Source: a virus (taxonomy: Duplodnaviria; Caudoviricetes). From it: a DNA stretch of 64,000 nucleotides. This document shows positions 49,287-56,949 of this stretch, piece after piece. Numbering within the stretch: position 1 is the first letter of the stretch; the number at the start of each line of letters is the position of its first letter. The notes under the pieces are model-generated. The model had not been told where the DNA came from. It did no database searches and saw nothing but the letters and a program-made list of their open reading frames with translations. A program made the position numbers and the translations under genes. The DNA lies in IMG/VR virus record IMGVR_UViG_3300037851_000542, positions 96,001 through 160,000 of that record. One strand, 5' to 3'.

Positions 49287-50423
49287 ATGCTACAAAAAAT
49301 GTATAGCTATTGGGAAAAAGCAGAATTCTTAGGAAAATCCGACTTTTGCATAATAGGCGCAGGTATAGTAGGACTAAATACTGCTATTTATTTAAAACAA
49401 AAGCTTCCAGATAAGAGAATTTTAGTGTTGGAGAGGGGTGTAATACCTGAAGGAGCTAGCTCTAGGAATGCTGGATTTGCTTGTTATGGTAGTCCTACCG
49501 AACTTATTATGGATTTAGAAACTCATACTGAATCTGAAGTTTTTGCTCTAGTTGAAAAAAGATGGCAAGGTTTACAACTACTCAGGAAAAACCTTGGTGA
49601 TGTTAATATCGGTTATCAGCCTACTGGTGGGTTTGAAATATTTAACAAGAATGATAATGCCTGTTTAACCCGTTGCTTAGATTTTTTACCTTATCTAAAC
49701 AAGCACTTAAAGGAAATAACTGGAGTAGATAACTGTTATAGTTATGTAAACAACACATTTGGATTTAACTACATAAACTCAATTATCTTAAATAAGGGTG
49801 AGGGTTTAATACACACAGGCAATATGATTAATTCTTTACTAAAAAAAGCTCTATCTTTAGGAATAGAAGTTTGGTTTAATATGGATGTCACCTCATTTAA
49901 TAGCAACTCAAGTTTAATAAAATTAGAAATAGCCAATAACTTAAATTTAAAAACCAATAAGTTGATAATAACTACAAATGCTTTCTCTAATAGATTGATA
50001 TCTGACTTAGACCTAAAACCAGCGCGAGCGCAGGTTTTAGTAACTGAAGAACTTGATAATATTCCTTTTTCTGGTGGCTTTCATTATGATAGAGGTTACT
50101 ATTATTTTAGAAATATAAATAATAGAATTTTATTAGGTGGAGGAAGAAATTTAGACTTTAAAGCTGAGACTACTACTGATCTAAAAGTAACAAGTTTAAT
50201 ACAAAATAAACTAGAAGAACTTTTACATAAGGTTATATTACCAAACCGATCTTGTAAAATAGAACATAGATGGTCAGGAATAATGGGATTGGGTACTAAA
50301 AAGTACCCAATCGTAAAACAAGTAGAGCCTAATGTTTACTGTGCTATTCGTATGGGAGGTATGGGAGTAGCTTTAGGTTCGCTAACTGGGTTAGAGGTAG
50401 CCCAGTTAGCTATGAAAGACTAG
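49287..50423 (+). CDS. FAD-dependent oxidoreductase (DAO/DadA family); start may be ATG at 49299
   Basis: GAGIVG dinucleotide-binding motif, GASSRNAG, ILLGGGR and C-terminal GMGVALG. Confidence 0.9.
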   Translation: MLQKMYSYWEKAEFLGKSDFCIIGAGIVGLNTAIYLKQKLPDKRILVLERGVIPEGASSRNAGFACYGSPTELIMDLETHTESEVFALVEKRWQGLQLLRKNLGDVNIGYQPTGGFEIFNKNDNACLTRCLDFLPYLNKHLKEITGVDNCYSYVNNTFGFNYINSIILNKGEGLIHTGNMINSLLKKALSLGIEVWFNMDVTSFNSNSSLIKLEIANNLNLKTNKLIITTNAFSNRLISDLDLKPARAQVLVTEELDNIPFSGGFHYDRGYYYFRNINNRILLGGGRNLDFKAETTTDLKVTSLIQNKLEELLHKVILPNRSCKIEHRWSGIMGLGTKKYPIVKQVEPNVYCAIRMGGMGVALGSLTGLEVAQLAMKD

Positions 50424-51445
50424 GGTCTGAAAGAACCTGCTCTAAAAGCCGGATTTAGTCTACCGACTTCTTTTCCATCAGCAACTAGTTTACATACAGA
50501 ATGTCCTTGAAGTTTTTTAGCTTTCTCTGCTATTACATAACCGTACTCACTAAAATAATATCTAGATTTATTATTTTCAAAAGGTAATCTATTTTCTGAT
50601 TTTATAACTAATTTGTTATCAAGGGTTCTTAATTCAAAAAAAGCATTCATAGTAGGAGTAATAAGTACTGGCTTATAAGCTCTTGGTTCTGGGGGTGTTA
50701 CATGTCTGTCTGCGTGACTTTTCCAAATAAAATCTTTAGGTATAGTTATTTTTTCTCCGGCGTTTGTAGCTAGAAATTGAATAGACTTTATAAGTTCCTG
50801 CGTTGGCCAAGCTTTACGATCCGGTCTTGGAGTTGTATCTTGAGTTGTCAATCTACCGTTGAAAGCAGGATGCCAAAAGAAGAAAACCTTAGCACTTTTA
50901 AACTTAGCTTTACGAGCTTCAACATCATCGTCAACACAAGATGAACCGTCATAAGAATAAGTGTATTCACCACGTCTAGGTGCATTTTCTTGAGTTCCGT
51001 GTATTTCGTTTAAAATTCTAGGACCTTGTATAAATTCTCCGCCGCCTTTATGCCACGGATTATTAACATAATTGACACCATCAGGTAAATGTTTTATTAT
51101 CCTCTGAGCAAGAGCATTTGCTTGATCTTTTTTTAGTTTATGTTCTGTTGCTCCAGATACTAGCCACATTACTGAGGGATATTTATTCATTAAAGGTAAA
51201 TATTCTTTTAGCGTATTTTCTGCTTTTGCAAAATCATCATTGCCAAAATTATGATCGTCTTCCCAAGCTAAGTTCAGCCTTATTAATGGACATTTACCGC
51301 TTTGAGCTAAAGCTTCTATAACTTTTTTAGGTGACCCAAAAAGAGATTCTTCAACAAAGAACCCGGCAGCCCAACCTTTTGGGTGAGATTTTAGGATAGT
51401 GTCCATATACTTAGCTCCGCCTAAATAATCCATACCGTACATCAT
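50420..51445 (-). CDS. Hypothetical soluble protein (341 aa)
   Basis: Clean ORF with AGAGGTG SD-like site and upstream TATACTAT; no family recognised. Confidence 0.8.
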   Translation of the reverse strand: MMYGMDYLGGAKYMDTILKSHPKGWAAGFFVEESLFGSPKKVIEALAQSGKCPLIRLNLAWEDDHNFGNDDFAKAENTLKEYLPLMNKYPSVMWLVSGATEHKLKKDQANALAQRIIKHLPDGVNYVNNPWHKGGGEFIQGPRILNEIHGTQENAPRRGEYTYSYDGSSCVDDDVEARKAKFKSAKVFFFWHPAFNGRLTTQDTTPRPDRKAWPTQELIKSIQFLATNAGEKITIPKDFIWKSHADRHVTPPEPRAYKPVLITPTMNAFFELRTLDNKLVIKSENRLPFENNKSRYYFSEYGYVIAEKAKKLQGHSVCKLVADGKEVGRLNPAFRAGSFRP

Positions 51446-51480
51446 ATATTTACACCTCTAAAATTAATTATATCTTGTCT

Positions 51481-51488
51481 ATAGTATA
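51481..51488 (-). promoter_or_regulatory. TATACTAT candidate -10 element upstream of the 341-aa gene
   Basis: Exact motif 35 nt upstream of the ATG, followed by an SD-like AGAGGTG. Confidence 0.55.
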
Positions 51489-51515
51489 TTTAAACTTTAG
51501 ACTAAAAGGTGGCAG

Positions 51516-51713
51516 TTATTGATCTTCAGAGTTTAGTTGGCTTATAATTTGCTCAAGTACTGCTTTTATTTCTTTTAATTTTTCTAAGTCTGGTGATTCA
51601 TCTAATGGGTGGGAAATAAAGATCTTTTTAAAATCAACTTTGTAAGGAGACTTATATAAGACTTGTGTTTTCTTTTTAGCACGGTACTCATTTAAGTTAA
51701 TAACTTTATTCAT
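51516..51713 (-). CDS. Small hypothetical protein
   Basis: 65 aa, co-directional run of small ORFs. Confidence 0.55.
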   Translation of the reverse strand: MNKVINLNEYRAKKKTQVLYKSPYKVDFKKIFISHPLDESPDLEKLKEIKAVLEQIISQLNSEDQ

Positions 51714-51717
51714 TAAA

Positions 51718-51900
51718 TCAAATGAAATATTTTATTTTATTAAGTAATGTCATTTTATCTTTATACTTCCTTAAAAGGTCTTGCTCTTCCCAAGATCCAT
51801 TTAATATCTTTGAAAATCCAAAGTCATCACTATAAGGTTTTTTAAAAAAATAAGATTTTTTTAAATCATAATAAACTTTGCCATCTATAAGTACATTCAT
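51718..51900 (-). CDS. Small hypothetical protein
   Basis: 60 aa, abuts its neighbours. Confidence 0.5.
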   Translation of the reverse strand: MNVLIDGKVYYDLKKSYFFKKPYSDDFGFSKILNGSWEEQDLLRKYKDKMTLLNKIKYFI

Positions 51901-52161
51901 CTAAACACCTATTAAACCTATTGCGTTTAATTTAACAATTAACTCTTTAGTGTTGTAGTAATTTTCTATTATCTCATATCCTTTAATACGTGCGGCGGAT
52001 AAAGATTCAACATTAACAATTAAAGATCCATCTTTATATATAACATCTTCTTTTAGATGTGAGTAATCTTTACCTTTTTCTGTTTTACCGAATGCATCTA
52101 ATTCCTCTACACCATTGATCTCATAATGATGGGGACTGATTATTAGCCTATATAACGGCAT
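51901..52161 (-). CDS. Small hypothetical protein
   Basis: 86 aa, abuts its neighbours. Confidence 0.55.
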   Translation of the reverse strand: MPLYRLIISPHHYEINGVEELDAFGKTEKGKDYSHLKEDVIYKDGSLIVNVESLSAARIKGYEIIENYYNTKELIVKLNAIGLIGV

Positions 52162-52179
52162 AGCACTATTAGAACTCTA

Positions 52180-52518
52180 TTAATCAATTAAAGTATTTTC
52201 GTATTCTTTTAATTTAACCATTACTTCCTCTGGGTAATCATACCCAATATTAAGAATACCATAAAAAGATATTACGGGCAAACTATAAGATACTACTATC
52301 CTATCAAGCTGTTGTAGTATAGTAATTAAATCTCTTAATGCTCTGGAAAATTCAATTTCTGGTATATCATTATACTTGCATATATAACTTACTTTATTGT
52401 GCGCCTTTTTAATTTTATTTAACAGGCTTCTAGATAAGGTATATCTTCTATGGAACTTACGTTGATAATTTTTAATTTCACCTAATACAAAAAGTAACTG
52501 TTCTTTATTTGTTGGCAT
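52180..52518 (-). CDS. Hypothetical protein
   Basis: 112 aa, co-directional. Confidence 0.6.
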   Translation of the reverse strand: MPTNKEQLLFVLGEIKNYQRKFHRRYTLSRSLLNKIKKAHNKVSYICKYNDIPEIEFSRALRDLITILQQLDRIVVSYSLPVISFYGILNIGYDYPEEVMVKLKEYENTLID

Positions 52519-52524
52519 TTTAAT

Positions 52525-52937
52525 TTAAATTAAATATTTAGTTGTAGCTTTAAAAAAGTAATCACCCTTGATACAAACCACCTCTAAAAATGGGTTATAG
52601 TTTTTACTTTTCTTATTAACATAGTTCATATCTAATTTATATTCTCTTTGCTCTCCTTGTTTAAAACTCCAGTCATCGAATAAGCTAGCCTGAACTAAAA
52701 GTGCTTGTATTTTAGATTTACATAGAAGCTTTTGATTAACAATGTGATCTATTTCTTTTCCGTTGTATTTCTCACCCGCATACTTTATTTTTACACAACC
52801 AGTCCAAATTTGATTATATTTAACTGGATCTAGTTGTATAACTTTTCCATACCTTAGAGATGCAAAACTAACCTGATACTGTTCTCCACACCCGTGTAAT
52901 GGTGTAATGGTGTAATGGTGTAATTAGACCTACACAT
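52525..52937 (-). pseudogene. Frameshifted or phase-variable gene (about 134 aa if one 8-bp repeat unit is removed)
   Basis: A 122-codon frame GCGEQYQVSFASLRYGKV...KATTKYLI* (52893-52525) has no start near its 5' end. The ATG at 52937 is 44 nt upstream of it, and removing one 8-bp unit (36 nt) puts it in frame. Confidence 0.6.
52894..52924. repeat. Tandem repeat (GTGTAATG)x3 + GTGTAAT
   Basis: Read directly: gtgtaatg gtgtaatg gtgtaatg gtgtaat. Confidence 0.95.
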
Positions 52938-53017
52938 GCTTTTGTTATGAATCAGAAATCTATTGTCTAACAATAACCACAATTAGCACAGAAACATCTA
53001 GAAATATCCTATTGTTT

Positions 53018-53043
53018 ATAGTTTACAGGCTTGTATAAACTAT
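53018..53043 (-). other. 10-bp stem-loop downstream of the homing endonuclease
   Basis: Minus strand ATAGTTTATA-CAAGCC-TGTAAACTAT (one U:G pair); no U-tract, so not a clear intrinsic terminator. Confidence 0.45.
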
Positions 53044-53064
53044 CGGCACCAATATAAAAAGACT

Positions 53065-54951
53065 TTAGAGAATTTTATACCAGACAAATTTAATTTTACC
53101 AGAATCCCAAATTATTCTATAACTAGTGTTTTTTAGAACATTTTCAATTTCAGTTTTATTAAGATCATAACCCTCACCAAACAAATTAGGTAGTTGCTTT
53201 TTTTGATACTTTCTTCGATTTATTAATTTCTTTTTATCTGTATAGGAAAATCTAGGTGCTACTCTTCCAGCCTCTGCAAATCCTAAAATTTTATAAATAT
53301 TTCCTATGGAATAGTTCAAATCAGCAAATGTAACGACGGTAGTTGGATTAAAACCTTTTACAAAGCCTTTAAATAGTTTTGAGGCTCCGCCCAATATCTG
53401 ATAAAAACATAGGGATGCATATCTTACTAATTCATACTCACTGTCCTTTAATTTCTTAAAAGACATACAGGAGACTATTTTATTTTCAAAGTATAAGCCT
53501 AAATGTATATCCGCTTGTGCAAATCCGTACAAATGATTATTATTATAAAATTCTTTTACACTACTTATATCTGATTTAGGTATTATTGATAATGTTGTTT
53601 TTCTAGCATAAATTTTATTTTTAAAACCTAATAGCTTACCTTCTAAAATAGATTTCCAGATATTTTGCTTAATGTTGTCTTTCCATTGTAACTCTAAAAT
53701 ATGAAGCAGTTGAATATTATTATTTAAACAAGCTTTAGTTTTGTAATAATGTTTTAACTTTTCATTTTTATTTGGAATTTCTCTGTAGGAATGCCAATAT
53801 ATACCATTAACTTCTATTGCTAGTTTTTTACTAGGTATAAAAATATCTAACTCTATACCTTTTAACTCTGAACGGTCTCTGCTTTTTATAGAAACACCTA
53901 AAGTAGATATATACTTAGATATCTGTTTTTCTAGAAAAGAAGATTGAAAGTAACAAGTTTGTAAATTAAATTCCTTAAAAGATTTATTAATTATTGCAGA
54001 ATCTAAATTTAAAATAGATGCAATTTCATCTTGTGATCTTTTTAATTTATAATGCTGTATTTCCAACCATTTCTTAAATTTTACTTTATTTTGTCTAAAA
54101 CTTATAATCTTAGGGTTTAAGTGACTTTGTTGAAAGTTATCCCTATTATATTTTTTTCTACATGTTATTAAGTACTTTTGATAGCTAGATTTCGCATTAG
54201 CTGTTGCAGTTACACGAGCACGCTCTTTTTGTTCAGGTCGCTGACTTGGATTAGAGTAATTATATTTTTTTAAACAAGTAGTCCTTCTTTTAGAAACTAT
54301 ATTTTTTATCTCTAGTTCACTCTTTTTTGCCCAAGAATTTTTAATTTTATTTATAATTTTATTAGAATCTTTTTTCCATACCTCTTTACGCCTTACTTTA
54401 ATTTTTGGTAAACTTAGTGCACACTCTACTCCGTATTTCTTTAAATTTGTTATTTTTACTTTTTCTTGAATAGCCTGCGAGCATAAAGGCGCGTGACCAC
54501 CATACCTTTCCAAATTGGTTTTATTTATTTTTTTTCTAGTTTCTTCTTTTACTAAATTGATTTTTTTGACTTTTTCTGCTGCGATTTCTGGAACAAGCCA
54601 GTGATGTTTAACTCCGTACTTTTTTAAACAATTGTCTTCTTTTACAGACTGAACGTGTTTAACATTAAATGTACATTTTGTGGAGCAAAACTTACCATAG
54701 ACTTTTTGACCGACATGCCACTTTAAATAGGATCCACATTCACATTTAGGATAATCTGTTAAATTATTTAAAATACACCATAGCCTAATTAGAAGTATTT
54801 CATTAGATTTTAAAAACCTAGTGGCGTTAAGAATTGCATTATACTCTTGTGGGTAATTCTTTAATAGATAATCATACCGGGTTCTGCCTTTTAGGTATTT
54901 TCCTGTAGACTTATCTAATAGCTGCGATTGTATAAAATCTTTAATTGTCAT
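53065..54951 (-). mobile_element. Free-standing Hef-like homing endonuclease gene
   Basis: N-terminal CECG..CSTKC, five [CN]L.[KR]Y[GN]-type repeats, PD-(D/E)XK core ELDIFIPSKKLAIEVNGIYWHS, and C-terminal GGASKLF...FADLNYS.G.IY.ILGF domain. Confidence 0.75.
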
Positions 54952-54962
54952 TAAATTGGTTC

Positions 54963-55005
54963 TTAGTGTATTAAATATTAATTATTTCAATATAAAATAC
55001 ACTAA
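54963..55005. promoter_or_regulatory. Perfect 10-bp inverted repeat just upstream of the endonuclease start codon
   Basis: TTAGTGTATT (54963-54972) and AATACACTAA (54996-55005), 23-nt loop. Confidence 0.5.
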
Positions 55006-55049
55006 TTTTATAGGACTTACAAGAACAATCGAAAGATAATGTCTACTTT

Positions 55050-56585
55050 TTAACTAAAATCAAAAAACATCCTGTACACAATTGTAGAGTTTGCTCCAGT
55101 TTCGCTTGCACCAAGCTTAATTGCTGTGTAAATATAGTCGCTTATCATTTCACCTTTAGCAACTCCAATTACTTCAGAGGCTGAAGCAGTGTTAACTTCA
55201 GATAGATTGTCCTCAGTTGTTGCTAAATAAGCAGGAGGGGTGTCTGAAGCTAGGTCCGTAGAGCCGTCTACTCCAGTCTTCCATTGGCTACCGTTAGAAG
55301 AAGGGGTACCTTCTCCTACATTACCAAAGGCAAACTTTGTATCACTATTGCCTGCAAAGTGGTGTTGAGCAGATCCGTGTGAATTTAATCCGAACTTCGT
55401 ATTTGAGAGCTTAGTAGCTCCTGAAATTAGTTCAAACCAAACAGCAGCTGTTGGGGAGTAAGTAGATACGGTGACAGAACCAAAGTTTAAAGTTGTGCCC
55501 CCTAAAACTGAAGGTTGAACTTGTGAGGCAATAATAGTAAATTTATCTCTAGCTGTTAATGAGCCTGAGTTACTAAATGCTATAGTTAATCCTGAATTAC
55601 CAATTGCTGTTCCAGTAGTTTGAGTCGTAACAGGAGTTGTTACTTTATTTTCTCTCATAGCTGAAACTGTATACTGGGCTGAACCTACTGCAGCTGCTGC
55701 ATTTAATCCTTGAGCATATTGTACTGCTGAGCAAGTTATAGAAATAGTATCTCCATTACCAAAAGGAGAATCTGAAAACTTAACTCTTAATCCTTTTGTA
55801 CCAATCTCATAGTAGTAATCTGAATATAACAAATCAGTTTGAGTTGCAACGTTATCACCTAATGTACTTGTAACTGTAAACCTTGGAACATTTCCAGAGC
55901 CTGCATTTAATACAGCACCGTTAGTAGTATCCATTGTCATTGTATAAGTTTCATTAGACGTATGATTCCAAAAACCGTTAGTAGTTACTGCACCGGCATA
56001 AGTTCCAGAAACTACAGCTGAACCTATAGGATGACCCGTAGAAATTAAAACTTGATAGATCTCTGAAAACTGCCCAACATAAGTACCCCCTACTGTAACT
56101 GCCCCTGTATAAGCTCCGTTGTTAGTAGTTGCCGCTCCAGCAACAGTAGATGTATTTACTGGTCCTCCCGGTGCGTCTGCCATACCTAGTAGATGTAAAC
56201 AGTTGTTTCCACCAAGACCAACGGAAGCCTGAGAGCTAGTTCCTAATTTACCTGAGTAGATTCTAACTTTATTATTTATATATCTGCAGCTAAAATAATC
56301 GTATTGGGTTCCTACTAATTGTTTAGCTTTAAACTCTATTTCTCTACAGACCATTCTAATATCTAAATTAGCACCAGGTGTTAAAGTGATTTGTTGTGAC
56401 GAGTTACCATCTAGTGCAATGGTCATTTGATCTGATATACCAGCTGAAATGGTAATAACAGGGGCAGCTACATATGTACCTTGAACATAACCATAGGTTC
56501 CAGTTCCAGATATACCTGTAGTAGGCTCTGCTGTGTATGAGGTTTCTGCATCTGCATCAAAAAATACCCATCTTGCTGTTACCAT
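55050..56585 (-). CDS. Gly/Thr-rich structural protein with sheath-like insertion domain
   Basis: DQMTIALDG..QITLT...IYSGKLG...LLGM domain shared with the genes at 46579 and 24694; repeated GxYxG beta motifs. Confidence 0.65.
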   Translation of the reverse strand: MVTARWVFFDADAETSYTAEPTTGISGTGTYGYVQGTYVAAPVITISAGISDQMTIALDGNSSQQITLTPGANLDIRMVCREIEFKAKQLVGTQYDYFSCRYINNKVRIYSGKLGTSSQASVGLGGNNCLHLLGMADAPGGPVNTSTVAGAATTNNGAYTGAVTVGGTYVGQFSEIYQVLISTGHPIGSAVVSGTYAGAVTTNGFWNHTSNETYTMTMDTTNGAVLNAGSGNVPRFTVTSTLGDNVATQTDLLYSDYYYEIGTKGLRVKFSDSPFGNGDTISITCSAVQYAQGLNAAAAVGSAQYTVSAMRENKVTTPVTTQTTGTAIGNSGLTIAFSNSGSLTARDKFTIIASQVQPSVLGGTTLNFGSVTVSTYSPTAAVWFELISGATKLSNTKFGLNSHGSAQHHFAGNSDTKFAFGNVGEGTPSSNGSQWKTGVDGSTDLASDTPPAYLATTEDNLSEVNTASASEVIGVAKGEMISDYIYTAIKLGASETGANSTIVYRMFFDFS

Positions 56586-56612
56586 TTGTTATGTACCTCT
56601 ATCTGCTCAAAA

Positions 56613-56897
56613 TTAATTATAAATTGTAACCCTAAATTTGCCGGAATAAGTAAACACATTGGGCTTATATACACATATGCAATTAATGTCCTGACAATCT
56701 CTCATATAAGGTCCTGGTAAATTAATGCCATTTTCATCCTTTAAAGCCGGAATTCCAACAGTAACACCTTCGTCAGTGCTGCATTCTAAAGATATAACTT
56801 TAGGACAATAACCTAAGTTATGATGAACTTCTACTGGTACCGTCTCATTTCCAGAAAAATTTAACCAAGCTGATTGAAAAACAACATTTACTGACAT
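56613..56897 (-). CDS. Small structural protein
   Basis: VHHNLGYCP motif of the HNLG type seen in phage tail proteins; AGAGGA SD-like site upstream. Confidence 0.55.
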   Translation of the reverse strand: MSVNVVFQSAWLNFSGNETVPVEVHHNLGYCPKVISLECSTDEGVTVGIPALKDENGINLPGPYMRDCQDINCICVYKPNVFTYSGKFRVTIYN

Positions 56898-56949
56898 ACA
56901 GGCTGTCCTCTTTAGGTTATAATAATACTATAACTGTAAAATAGTACAA

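Noticed and set aside
52950-53064. In-frame TAG before a Cys-rich stretch (KQ*DISRCFCANCGYC*) suggesting stop-codon recoding
   Set aside because: TAG terminates several genuine genes here (e.g. 13592, 41734, 50423), long ORFs are intact under the standard code, and the stretch is short with no start.
52937-55050. Group I intron surrounding the homing endonuclease
   Set aside because: I found no convincing P7 R/S core sequences and no interrupted host gene on both sides; the flanking gene at 55050 ends normally.
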